Virus record (IMG/VR): IMGVR_UViG_3300044229_003739
Coordinates: 1-35,890 of that record
DNA length: 35,890 nucleotides
Strand: one strand, 5' to 3'
DNA from: a virus
Taxonomy: Duplodnaviria > Caudoviricetes
A program made the translations under genes and the position numbers. Numbering within the stretch: position 1 is the first letter of the stretch; each line of letters begins with the position of its first letter. The notes beneath the pieces were generated by a model. It was not told where the DNA came from. It worked only from the letters and a program-made list of their open reading frames with translations, and did no database searches. Shown piece by piece: positions 25,839 through 34,816 of this stretch.

Positions 25839-27701
25839 ATGAGCGAATTACGCGCCAGTGTGGTGATGGATCTGCGCGGCAACCTCGAACGGCAATCACG
25901 CCGTTACGAGGGGGCCATGCGCCAGATGGCCAACAATGGCCAACGCCACATGACCCGCTTGCAGCGCGTAACCGGCGGTGTCGGCCGCCAGCTCGACCGA
26001 GTCGGCAACCGCTGGGTGGCGCTGGCCACTGGTGCGGCGGGATTCGGTACGGTGCGCAACCTGGTCAACTTGGAAGAACGCTTCACCCGCCTGGGTATCC
26101 AGTCCCAGCGCAGCGCCGAGGAAATGGAAGAGCTGCGCCGCCAGATCTTCGAGACCGCCCGCGAGCCGGACTTTCGCGTTGACCCCTCACAAATCACCGG
26201 GGCTATCGAAGCCATCGTCGAGAAAACCGGCGACCTGGAGTTTGCACGAGAAAACATCCGCAATATAGCGGCGGCAATATCAGCCACCGGGGCTGAAGGC
26301 AGCAACATCGGCGAAATCCTCGCCGAGTTTCAGAAGATGGACATACGCGGCATGGACGCTGTGCTGCAATCCATCGACACCCTGAACGAACAGGGCAAAG
26401 CCGGTGCGTTCACATTGCAGAACCTCGCATCGCTTGGCCCTCGTGTTGTCACCGCCTACACCGCCCTGGGACGCCAGGGGCCGGATGCCATTCGCGAGAT
26501 GGGCGCAGCACTTCAGGTTATCCGCCAAGGTACCGGCAGCTCAGAACAGGCTGCCACCGCGTTTGAGGCGTTGCTGCGCACCTTCCAGGATGCAGAAAAA
26601 GCCAAGGAGCTGGCGAGCAAAAGTGGCGTGCAGATCTTCGATCCCGACGAACTGGAGCGCGGTCGCGAAGTATTACGTCCTATCAATGAGCTAATGGTCG
26701 AGATCGTCGAAGCGGCGGATGGCCGCACATCGCGACTCTCTGAGGTATTTGATTCAGAAGCCATGCGCGCCTTCAATGCCGCGCTGGGCGAATACAACCG
26801 CACCGGCGCAGTGGAAAGTATGGACCGTTTCTTCCAGGTGCAGGGCGACGGCACCACGACCATGTCCGACTCCGCCCGTGCCGCCGAAACCGCCGCCGGG
26901 TCTGTCCGCAACCTCTCAAGCGCCTGGCAAGACTTCGCGGACACCAACTTGAGCGAGTACATCCAGGACGCCGCCGATGCGCTGAACAGCCTGGACCAGG
27001 AGACCGTCGACCGCTGGCTCAAGATTGCCGGTATCACCGCAGGTGGCGTGGCGGGGCTTTATGCGCTGCGCTCGCTGGGCCGTCTGGGCGCTGATTTAGG
27101 GCGTGGAGCGGGCGTGCTGAGAAACCGCTCAACGTCCGGCGGTGTCGCCGGTGGGCTAGGTGCCGCCAGCAGCATGGCCCCGGTGCCGGTATTCGTTACC
27201 AACATGGGTGCCCTGGGCGGCGGTGGTTCGCCAGGTCGAACGGGCGGTACCCGCAAAGGCGGGGGCTACACCCCGCCAACTACGCGCACAGGTGGCACAA
27301 CCTCAGCACCAAACACATCCCAAAAGCCCAGGCTCTCCAGCCAGGCGCTTAGCGCCGCCTCAAGAGTTGGTAACAGCTCCACCGTCGCGGTTGGTCGCGC
27401 GCTTCCGGCCATCAGCACCGTGCTGGCGGCTCAGGGGATTGGCGGGCTGATCGAGGACGCTGTCGAGCGCACCGAAACCGGCGGCAAGATCGGCAACTAC
27501 GTAGAGCTGGCCAGGGAGTCGGCCAAGCAAGCCGTCATGGAGTACGGGCGTAACTCAGTGGACACCTTCCGAGAGGCGGGAGAAAGCGTGCTGAGGATCT
27601 TCGTTGACCAGGACGGCCGAGTTAAAGATGCCCGCGCTGAACGGGGTCAAGGCGGGCCGGAGATTGATGTGGATCTGGGTAACTGGAGGACGTGGCAGTG
27701 A
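25839..27701 (+). CDS. Tail tape measure protein
   Basis: 620 aa, Ala/Gly-rich and helical; follows the chaperone; PVPVFVTN motif. Confidence 0.9.
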   Translation: MSELRASVVMDLRGNLERQSRRYEGAMRQMANNGQRHMTRLQRVTGGVGRQLDRVGNRWVALATGAAGFGTVRNLVNLEERFTRLGIQSQRSAEEMEELRRQIFETAREPDFRVDPSQITGAIEAIVEKTGDLEFARENIRNIAAAISATGAEGSNIGEILAEFQKMDIRGMDAVLQSIDTLNEQGKAGAFTLQNLASLGPRVVTAYTALGRQGPDAIREMGAALQVIRQGTGSSEQAATAFEALLRTFQDAEKAKELASKSGVQIFDPDELERGREVLRPINELMVEIVEAADGRTSRLSEVFDSEAMRAFNAALGEYNRTGAVESMDRFFQVQGDGTTTMSDSARAAETAAGSVRNLSSAWQDFADTNLSEYIQDAADALNSLDQETVDRWLKIAGITAGGVAGLYALRSLGRLGADLGRGAGVLRNRSTSGGVAGGLGAASSMAPVPVFVTNMGALGGGGSPGRTGGTRKGGGYTPPTTRTGGTTSAPNTSQKPRLSSQALSAASRVGNSSTVAVGRALPAISTVLAAQGIGGLIEDAVERTETGGKIGNYVELARESAKQAVMEYGRNSVDTFREAGESVLRIFVDQDGRVKDARAERGQGGPEIDVDLGNWRTWQ

Positions 27702-27703
27702 GA

Positions 27704-28150
27704 TTAGCTCTCGAATTGCACGTAGGTGTCGCGGTCGCGGTTGCCCTCATGGCCACATATTTCTGCCGCTTGTGCCTTTTGGGCCAACCAGCCGTCATTG
27801 GACATGTAGTAATCCAGCGTGTGGCCAGCCGCTTCGCCGCCATCCTCGGCGAGGGTCGCCTGGAAGCGTACTTCGTAATCCCAGTCGTACTCATCAGCAC
27901 GATATGGCATTGGCTCCCAAAGCTCCGTTTTAGCGGATTGAACGCGCTCGGAATGGGTAGTGAAAAGCCCCTGGCAATCATCCTTAAACCGTTCAAATGC
28001 GTCCGTCGCTTGCTGCATCTGCTCATCCGAAGTGCCCACAGGCGCGTCGATTTCAAACGACGCCTGGGTCATCTCTTCGGACGCAGCTATTGCGGCGTTA
28101 ATGGCGGTACCGAGCAGCACCGCTGCACCCAAATATTTAATGCATTTCAT
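27704..28150 (-). CDS. Accessory secreted/periplasmic acidic protein (moron)
   Basis: Signal peptide MKCIKYLGAAVLLGTAINAAIA; RBS GGAGG; exactly fills the gap between tape measure and gpN. Confidence 0.78.
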   Translation of the reverse strand: MKCIKYLGAAVLLGTAINAAIAASEEMTQASFEIDAPVGTSDEQMQQATDAFERFKDDCQGLFTTHSERVQSAKTELWEPMPYRADEYDWDYEVRFQATLAEDGGEAAGHTLDYYMSNDGWLAQKAQAAEICGHEGNRDRDTYVQFES

Positions 28151-28185
28151 TTATTTTCCTCCGTGCATCACAGGAGCATAGCGCA

Positions 28186-29349
28186 ATGAGCTGGCGTGAT
28201 CGAATCGGCGACGGCACTGCCGTGTTTCGCGGCGTCACCCTGTACCTGGAGCGCGGCTCGATCAGCCCCGGCCGCCGGGTGCAGGTGCATGAATACCCGC
28301 TGCGCGATGAGCCCTACGTGGAAGACATGGGCCGCAAGAAGCGCCCGTGGCAGATTACCGGCTATCTGCTGGGCGAAGATTACGACATACAGCGCAACCA
28401 ACTGGCTGACGCGCTAGAGCTGCCCGGCGCGTTCGAGATGCGCCACAGCTACTACGGCACCCACCGCGTGGTGCAGATCGAAGACCCCCGCATCATCGAA
28501 ACCACCCGCGAAGGCGGCATGGCGCGTGTGAGCCTGACAGTCTTGCGCGCTGACGACTCCCCGCGCTACCCGCTGGCCGTGGCGGATACCCAGCAAGTAG
28601 TTGGCACAGCGGCAGAATCGTCACGCCTGGCGATTCTTGATGAATTCGTCGCCGCCTTCGAGATCGTCGAGCTTGCCGCCGACCGCGTCGCGGCCGTGGA
28701 AGCCACCATCCTGGGCGCGATCAGTGAGATTGAAGGCGTCATCGGTGGCGTTACCGGCACCATCAGCCGTTTGATCCGCGCCCCCGCCGAGCTGGGCGCG
28801 GCGATTCTTTCCAGCATTGGCCAGATCAAGAACATGTTTGGCGAGCCGGGCCGCGCCCTAGGCGTTTATAGCGCGATGTTTGGCACTGATAACGGCGAGG
28901 TGGCCACCGTGCCGCCGAGCGCACCGCTACCCCAAGCAACACAGATACGCGCCCAGAATGCCGCCGTCGCCCTGGTGCGCCGCGCGGCAGCGGTCGAGCT
29001 TGCCGAGGCCAGTGCCCAGTGGAGCTACCCCACGCGCGACGCCGCCAGCGAAACGCTCGACGCGGTGCATCGGGGCATTACCGAGCAGATCAGCGGCAGC
29101 GTGCCGCCGCTGCCGCAAACAACCCAACGCCTAGTGACGCTGCGTGCCGCCGCCGTGCAGGATCTCCGCCTTCGTGGTACCGCGCTGCCCTCGCTTAAGC
29201 ACTACACACCTGGTGCGCGCCTGCCCGCGCTGGTGCTGGCCCATCGTCTCTACGGCGACGCCAAACGTGACGTTGAGATCATCAGCCGCAACCGCGTGCG
29301 CCATCCGGGTTATGTACCCGCCGAACGCCTGGAGGTGCTGAGTGAGTGA
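28186..29349 (+). CDS. DNA circularization protein (Mu N-like)
   Basis: MSWRDR...FRGV...GRRVQVHEYPLRD.PYVEDMGR; PALVLAHRLYGD..R..EI..RN...HPG. Confidence 0.92.
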   Translation: MSWRDRIGDGTAVFRGVTLYLERGSISPGRRVQVHEYPLRDEPYVEDMGRKKRPWQITGYLLGEDYDIQRNQLADALELPGAFEMRHSYYGTHRVVQIEDPRIIETTREGGMARVSLTVLRADDSPRYPLAVADTQQVVGTAAESSRLAILDEFVAAFEIVELAADRVAAVEATILGAISEIEGVIGGVTGTISRLIRAPAELGAAILSSIGQIKNMFGEPGRALGVYSAMFGTDNGEVATVPPSAPLPQATQIRAQNAAVALVRRAAAVELAEASAQWSYPTRDAASETLDAVHRGITEQISGSVPPLPQTTQRLVTLRAAAVQDLRLRGTALPSLKHYTPGARLPALVLAHRLYGDAKRDVEIISRNRVRHPGYVPAERLEVLSE

Positions 29350-30394
29350 ACTCGCGCTGATCGTCGACGGCACCCGCCACCTGGGCTGGAAAGAGATACA
29401 GATACGCCGCTCATTGGATGAGATGGCCGACTCTTTCGAGCTAGTGCTCTCCGAGAAGTGGGCCAAGAGCGACGGCTCAACAGTAGCGCCACGTCGCCTG
29501 CGCACCGGTGCGCCCGTCGTCGTAGAGATCGACGGCGAGCCGGTGATCACCGGCCATATTGACGACGTGCTACCCAGCTACGACGCGAGCTCGCACAACC
29601 TGGTGGTCTCTGGCCGCTCGAAAACCGCCGACCTGGTTGATTCCTCAAGCACCGCCCAGCCCTGGGAAACCGGCCAGACCGTTCTCCAGGTCGCTCAGCG
29701 CGTGGCCGAGCCGTTTGATATTGAAGTGATCGCCGAGGTCGACGTCGGCGCGCCGCTTAGGGCGCTTGAAGTCGAGCCAGGCCAGACCTTCGGCGAGGCA
29801 CTGGGCCAGATCGCTAGCTACCGCGCGTTGCTGCTAGTCGCCGACGAACAAGGCCGCCTGGTGCTGACCCGCCCGCCGCGCGCCACGCTCACCGCCGAAC
29901 TGGCCCTGGGCGAGAACATCCGCGTGGCGCGCGGCCGGTTTTCCGACCGTGACCGCTTCGGCGAGGTCATCGTCCAGGGCCAAGGCGCTACTGATGACAC
30001 CTGGTTTGGCTCACAGGCCAGCGGGGCTTCTGGTCGCGCGAAAGATGAAGGCATTAAGCGCTACCGCCCGACGCTGGTGCTCTGCGATACCAGCACCGAC
30101 TCAGCCAGTTGCCGCCAGCGCGCCGAATGGGAAGTGCGCCGCCGCTGGGGGCAGTCACGCGGCATTACCTACACCGTGGCGGGCTGGCGGCATCAAGAAG
30201 GCCTGTGGCGACTCGGTGACCTGGTGCCGATCCGCGACCCCTGGATGTTCGACGAACCCGTCGAGTGGCTGATCACCGAAGTGCAGCTGCTGCTTGATGA
30301 GCGCGGCGAACGTGCCGAGATCCGCGTCGCCCCGCTAAGTAGCTACGACATTGAAGCCGCACCAGAGCCGGAACGGGAGAGCGACGTATGGTAG
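29342..30394 (+). CDS. Baseplate hub (Mu P/gp44-like)
   Basis: GWKEIQIRRSLD; SGRSKTADLVDSS; LGENI; RFGEVIVQGQ; RYRP; TV.GWR. Confidence 0.9.
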   Translation: MSELALIVDGTRHLGWKEIQIRRSLDEMADSFELVLSEKWAKSDGSTVAPRRLRTGAPVVVEIDGEPVITGHIDDVLPSYDASSHNLVVSGRSKTADLVDSSSTAQPWETGQTVLQVAQRVAEPFDIEVIAEVDVGAPLRALEVEPGQTFGEALGQIASYRALLLVADEQGRLVLTRPPRATLTAELALGENIRVARGRFSDRDRFGEVIVQGQGATDDTWFGSQASGASGRAKDEGIKRYRPTLVLCDTSTDSASCRQRAEWEVRRRWGQSRGITYTVAGWRHQEGLWRLGDLVPIRDPWMFDEPVEWLITEVQLLLDERGERAEIRVAPLSSYDIEAAPEPERESDVW

Positions 30395-30978
30395 GCCGCG
30401 AGACAACCAAGCTGCTCGGTCCGGTGTGGCGTCGATTGCGCCTTTTGATCAGCCGCGCCGTGGTCACCCGCACCGACAGTGCCAAAGGGCTGCAAATTCT
30501 CCAGCTCGACCTGCTGCGCGATGAAACCCGCGAAGTGGAACACATGGAGCCCTATGGCTTCACCGCTCGCCCGCTGCAAGGGGCCGAAGCCGTTGCTGCT
30601 GCTGTGGGCGGTGCCCGTGGCCACCTGGTCGCACTAGTGGCCACCGACCGTCGCTACCGCAAGCGGAACCTAGCCAAGGGTGAAGTAGCGCTCTACACGG
30701 ATGAAGGCGATGAACTGGTGTTTAACCGGGGCCGCATCGTGCGTTTAAACGCCGGTTCAGCGGTCGAGGTCACCGCTCCCCTGGTGACGATCACCGCTAG
30801 CAACTCGATCACCCTGGATACGCCCGATGTGTTTGCCACCGGCAACATCAAAGCAAACGGCCAGGTCAGCGATGGCACCGGCAGCATGCAGGGTATGCGC
30901 GATACCTATAACGGCCACGATCACGATGAAAACGACAGCGGTGGCCCGACCGACGCGCCCAACCAGGAGATGAGCTAA
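30388..30978 (+). CDS. Baseplate spike (Mu gp45-like)
   Basis: EHMEPYGFT; DRRYR...L..GEVALY; C-terminal HxH (YNGHDH) iron-binding tip. Confidence 0.9.
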   Translation: MVGRETTKLLGPVWRRLRLLISRAVVTRTDSAKGLQILQLDLLRDETREVEHMEPYGFTARPLQGAEAVAAAVGGARGHLVALVATDRRYRKRNLAKGEVALYTDEGDELVFNRGRIVRLNAGSAVEVTAPLVTITASNSITLDTPDVFATGNIKANGQVSDGTGSMQGMRDTYNGHDHDENDSGGPTDAPNQEMS

Positions 30979-31415
30979 TGGATATCACCCTGGATTGGCT
31001 GGACCAGGCGCTGGACGTCGCACTCATCGACGGCGACCTGGCCACCGACGACGGCCTGCGCACCGCCGTGGCGCTCTCGCTGCTCTGCGACCGGCGCGCC
31101 GAGCCAGACGACATCATTCCCGACGGCACCGACAACCGCCGTGGCTGGTGGGCCGATGCCATCGCCGATGAAGACGGCGACCGTTGGGGTAGTCGACTTT
31201 GGCTGCTAGGCCGCGAAAAAGAACTGCCGGAAGTGCGCCGCCGTGCCGAGGCCTACGCCCGCGAGGCACTCGACTGGCTGCTGGAGGATGGCGTGGCAAC
31301 CGAGATCGACGTCACCGCCGAGACCCTTGACCGCGACGTGCTCTGGCTAAAAGTGATCATCAAGCGCGGCGATGGCAGCCGCCTAGCCGACCGTTACCAG
31401 TACGTGTGGAGTTAA
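30978..31415 (+). CDS. Baseplate protein (Mu gp46-like)
   Basis: LRTAV.LSL..DRRA; RGWWAD; GSRLWLL.REK; YAREALDWL. Confidence 0.92.
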   Translation: MDITLDWLDQALDVALIDGDLATDDGLRTAVALSLLCDRRAEPDDIIPDGTDNRRGWWADAIADEDGDRWGSRLWLLGREKELPEVRRRAEAYAREALDWLLEDGVATEIDVTAETLDRDVLWLKVIIKRGDGSRLADRYQYVWS

Positions 31416-31416
31416 T

Positions 31417-32475
31417 ATGCCCTGGCAATCCCCAACGCTAAATGAGCTGGCCGAACAGATCCGCGCCGACATGCGCGGGCGGCTCTCCGACGCCAACCCA
31501 GCGCTACGCCGCGCCATGCTGCGCGTGATTGCAGATGTAGACGCAGGGGCCGTTCACGGCCTTTACGGCTACCTGTCGTGGCTGGCCAAGCAGCTGATAA
31601 TCGACACCGCCGAGGCCGAATGGCTGGAACGCTGGGCGAGCATCTGGCGCATCTACCGCCAGGGCGAAGTCGCGGCCACCGGCCCAGTATTGCTCACCGG
31701 TAACCCAGAGGCGCAGCTGCTTGCATGTGAGGAATTCGAGCAAGACGGCATCCGATACAAGTTGGATGACACCGTCACCCTGGACTCCAACGGCGAAGCG
31801 ACCGGCAACGTAACGGCCGTTGAAGCGGGCGATGAAGGCAATCTAGCCACCGGTGAAACCCTACGCCTGGTGCGTGCCGTCAGCGGCATCGACGGCGAAG
31901 CGACCGTGGGTGATGACGGCCTTACCGGCGGTGCCGAGCAAGAGAGCGACGAACGTCTGCGCGAGCGCCTGCTGGAGCGCATCCAGCGCCAGCCCCACGG
32001 CGGCAATGCCGACGACTACATCATGTGGGTGCGCGAAGCCCACCCGGACATCACTCGAGTGTGGGTCTCTCGCCACAAGCCCGACATCGGCGAAGTCACC
32101 GTGCGCTTTGTGTGCGATGACCTCGACGACATCATCCCTACACCCGCGGTGGTGGATGCAGTGTTTGAGCACGTCGACGAAGTCCGCCCAGTCACCGCCA
32201 GGGGTTTCTATCCCGTGGTGCTGGACAAGAAGCCACTGGATCTCTCAATTCGACTCTCGCCGGACACCGCCGACGCGCGAAGCCGCGTGAAATCTGCGCT
32301 GAACGACTTCCTTGGCCAAGCTGCCGAGCCCGAGGTCACTCTCTACACCGAGCAGCTCTCCGGCGTCATCTACGTCGCCTCCGGCAGCAGCCGTCACGAG
32401 CTGGAGGTGCCAGCAGACCACGTCACGCATGGACCCAATGAAATCGCTGTGCTGGGGGCTATCACATGGCTCTAA
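31417..32475 (+). CDS. Baseplate wedge J-like protein (Mu gp47)
   Basis: DTAEAEWLERWA; GG.EQESDE.LRER; PHGGN..DY..W. Confidence 0.92.
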   Translation: MPWQSPTLNELAEQIRADMRGRLSDANPALRRAMLRVIADVDAGAVHGLYGYLSWLAKQLIIDTAEAEWLERWASIWRIYRQGEVAATGPVLLTGNPEAQLLACEEFEQDGIRYKLDDTVTLDSNGEATGNVTAVEAGDEGNLATGETLRLVRAVSGIDGEATVGDDGLTGGAEQESDERLRERLLERIQRQPHGGNADDYIMWVREAHPDITRVWVSRHKPDIGEVTVRFVCDDLDDIIPTPAVVDAVFEHVDEVRPVTARGFYPVVLDKKPLDLSIRLSPDTADARSRVKSALNDFLGQAAEPEVTLYTEQLSGVIYVASGSSRHELEVPADHVTHGPNEIAVLGAITWL

Positions 32476-33059
32476 ACCGCGATGACTACACCGACCAGCT
32501 CAACGTCCTAGCACCACCAGGGCGAGCGCTGCCCCGTGAGTCGGATAGCCAATGGCAGCGGCTCACCCACACGCGGGCGGGTGCTTTTTCGCGCGTGGAT
32601 GGCCGTGCTGCAACGTTGCATGAAGAAGCCGACCCACGCACCACGTCGGAGCTGTTGCCTGATTGGGAGCGGGTCACCGCCATGCCCGATCCCTGCGTCA
32701 CCGGCGAGCAAACCGTCAGCGAGCGGCAAGATGCCGTGGTGCGCGTGCTCACCGGCACCGGTGGTGCTAGCCGCCCTTATTTCATGGGCCTCGCTGCTGA
32801 TCTCGGCTACGACATCGAGGTCGAGGACTACACCGCCCACACCGTCGGTAGTGACGTCAGCGAGCCGATACGCGGCATCGACTGGCGTTGGGCCTGGACC
32901 GTCCGCGCCGCCGAAGAAACCGTGCGCCAGCTGACCGTTAACAGCGGCGTCAACGAAGCCCTGGCCACTTGGGGCAATGAGCGCCTTGAATGCGTATTCG
33001 AGCGCCTCGCCCCCGCCCATTCAGTCCTCATTTTTGCCTATGGAGAAACCTCATGGTAG
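32466..33059 (+). CDS. Baseplate protein (Mu gp48 / YmfQ, DUF2313)
   Basis: PPGRA; EADPRTT.ELLPDWER; LEC...LAPAH. Confidence 0.9.
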   Translation: MALNRDDYTDQLNVLAPPGRALPRESDSQWQRLTHTRAGAFSRVDGRAATLHEEADPRTTSELLPDWERVTAMPDPCVTGEQTVSERQDAVVRVLTGTGGASRPYFMGLAADLGYDIEVEDYTAHTVGSDVSEPIRGIDWRWAWTVRAAEETVRQLTVNSGVNEALATWGNERLECVFERLAPAHSVLIFAYGETSW

Positions 33060-33802
33060 ATCGTGTTTACGAACGCAACGCTTCAGACTCGGCACCTCAG
33101 CCACCCGCTGACCCGAGCAGCGGCTACCCCACCGCCGGTAACCCCGCCCAGGGTGTCCCAGCCACCAAGCCGGGGCCGTACTGGTACCACATGATCACCG
33201 AAAGCCTACGGCGAGTCGTCGTAGAAGCGGGTTTGACACCGGATCATGAGGATCTGGGAAAAGTAGCCGAAGCGATCCGCACGGGTGGAAAGGCCCTCGG
33301 CGAGCCCTTCCCAGTTTGGGATCACCTAGCAGGAGTTGAACCTCCCAGCAATTCGGGATCTGTTCAGTATATCAAGTTGACTGCTGGAGAGGACGGCTCA
33401 GGGCAGTACAACGAAGGGCTGCTGACCAATGAGACGGTATCGGGCAGCGGATCGCTGATCGAGATAACGGCTGAGATTGTGTCTGGTCCTATGGCCGGTC
33501 AGACGGTCAACCTGGTGAATTCTGAGAACCGCTATCTCATGCCTGGTGAAAGCAGCGGTGCCACTGGTAACGACCAGATGCAGCAAATCATAGGCTCGGG
33601 TGGTCCGTTTGTTGATAGTACGCAAGCGACATTCAGCGGCGCGCTCACTGAGAAAGACTTTAAGACGCTGCCTGTAGCAGGCGCTTCTTCTATAACGGCG
33701 ACTAGTTTTAACTTTGACTCAGCGGATTCGCCTGACGCTCGCACCGGCGACCATACCAACGTCAAACACACCCAAGCCACCTACTACATGAGGATTGCCT
33801 GA
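33053..33802 (+). CDS. Short tail fibre protein
   Basis: Fibre-type N-terminal anchor (GNPAQGVPAT..G..W...ITE.L..VV..AGLTPD); RBS GGAG before ATG 33053; 249 aa. Confidence 0.75.
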   Translation: MVDRVYERNASDSAPQPPADPSSGYPTAGNPAQGVPATKPGPYWYHMITESLRRVVVEAGLTPDHEDLGKVAEAIRTGGKALGEPFPVWDHLAGVEPPSNSGSVQYIKLTAGEDGSGQYNEGLLTNETVSGSGSLIEITAEIVSGPMAGQTVNLVNSENRYLMPGESSGATGNDQMQQIIGSGGPFVDSTQATFSGALTEKDFKTLPVAGASSITATSFNFDSADSPDARTGDHTNVKHTQATYYMRIA

Positions 33803-34419
33803 TGCCCTTCGCAGCAAACGATAAGATCAGCAAAGCGCCTATTGAAGGTGGCGTAGAAATCAGCGAGCAGGAATACAACCAGGCTCGCGAACACCTTTTG
33901 CTAGGCAAGCTGGTTAAGGTCGACGCCGAGCGGATGTTTTTGACCGAGAAGCCCGAAAAACGCCCCGATCACGAAGAGCCGGAATGGCGGAACGGCGAGT
34001 GGTTCCACAAACCCATCGAGCAGGAACCGCAATCCATAGATCAACTAGCTGATGATAAATTACGCGAGATCGTTGCAGCCCGCGATACCGCGTTCGCAGA
34101 TGGCCTGGCATACGACATCGCAGGCGAGCCAGACACCGTACAAACCCGCCCCCAAGACCAGATCAACCTGCTCGGCCTCAACGCCAAAGCCCAGCGCCTG
34201 ATAGCTGCTGGCGATACCGAGACGCGGATGGATTTCAGGGGTGAGTCGAACGTCACACGCAAGCTGACCGCAACCGAAATGGACGTGATGACCATGACGG
34301 CGCTGGCTCACATTGAGGGCATCTACCAGAAGAGCTGGGAGCGAAAAGATGCCATCCGCGCTGCCCTAGAGGCAGAAAATCGGGAAGCACTGGAGGCAAT
34401 CAAGTGGTATCAAGAGTGA
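33802..34419 (+). CDS. Tail fibre assembly-like protein (DUF4376-like C-terminus)
   Basis: Follows the fibre; QTR..DQ.NL...FR...N....LTA.E...SW..KD.I..A...EAL.AI.W. Confidence 0.7.
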   Translation: MPFAANDKISKAPIEGGVEISEQEYNQAREHLLLGKLVKVDAERMFLTEKPEKRPDHEEPEWRNGEWFHKPIEQEPQSIDQLADDKLREIVAARDTAFADGLAYDIAGEPDTVQTRPQDQINLLGLNAKAQRLIAAGDTETRMDFRGESNVTRKLTATEMDVMTMTALAHIEGIYQKSWERKDAIRAALEAENREALEAIKWYQE

Positions 34420-34520
34420 GGGCAGAGAATCCCCATTCGGGGCCATACAACATAGCTCTCTGCCACTGGATGCTACGTATCAACACCCGATCATCCCCGT
34501 TTACAGGGGCCATAATTTAG

Positions 34521-34660
34521 AAGGGAGCGACCAGCGCCGGTGCGGACACACCGGCGCTGGCCACCAACAAGCAGCACACCTGCCCGTCGGCCTAAGACTC
34601 CCCCGCCTAGCTAGGCGTCAAAGAGTCTAAGCCAAACGTTAGAACGTTAGAAGGCTTGGC
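34521..34660 (+). promoter_or_regulatory. Structured leader (candidate cis-regulatory RNA) upstream of com
   Basis: Perfect 12-bp stem 34531-34560; GCAG/CTGC 34571-34583; AGACTC/GAGTCT enclosing CGCCTAGCTAGGCG; AAGCC/GGCTT enclosing (AACGTTAG)x2; -10-like CATAAT 34511-34516. Confidence 0.6.
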
Positions 34661-34816
34661 ATGGTGTTAATCGAAATCCGTTGTAAGCAGTGCAACCGCA
34701 AGCTGGCCACCGCCAGCGACTATCAATTCATCGAAATCAAGTGCCCGCGTTGTAAGCACTTAAACCAGCAGAGAGCCACGAGCTCCAAACCACCAAAGGA
34801 GATGCCTCGTGGCTAA
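34661..34816 (+). CDS. com: Com-family zinc-ribbon translational regulator, 51 aa (not in ORF track)
   Basis: MVLIEIRCKQCNRKLATASDYQFIEIKCPRCKHLN... fits the Com pattern IRCxxCNxKLA...IEIKCPRCxxxN; overlaps the methylase start. Confidence 0.9.
   Translation: MVLIEIRCKQCNRKLATASDYQFIEIKCPRCKHLNQQRATSSKPPKEMPRG

Noticed and set aside
27220-27340. Gly/Thr-rich stretch in tape measure as a repeat or insertion
   Set aside because: Low-complexity linker; no true tandem DNA repeat and the frame is intact
27692-28189. 165-aa plus-strand ORF bridging tape measure and gpN
   Set aside because: Antisense shadow of the minus-strand gene, which has the RBS, signal peptide and natural composition
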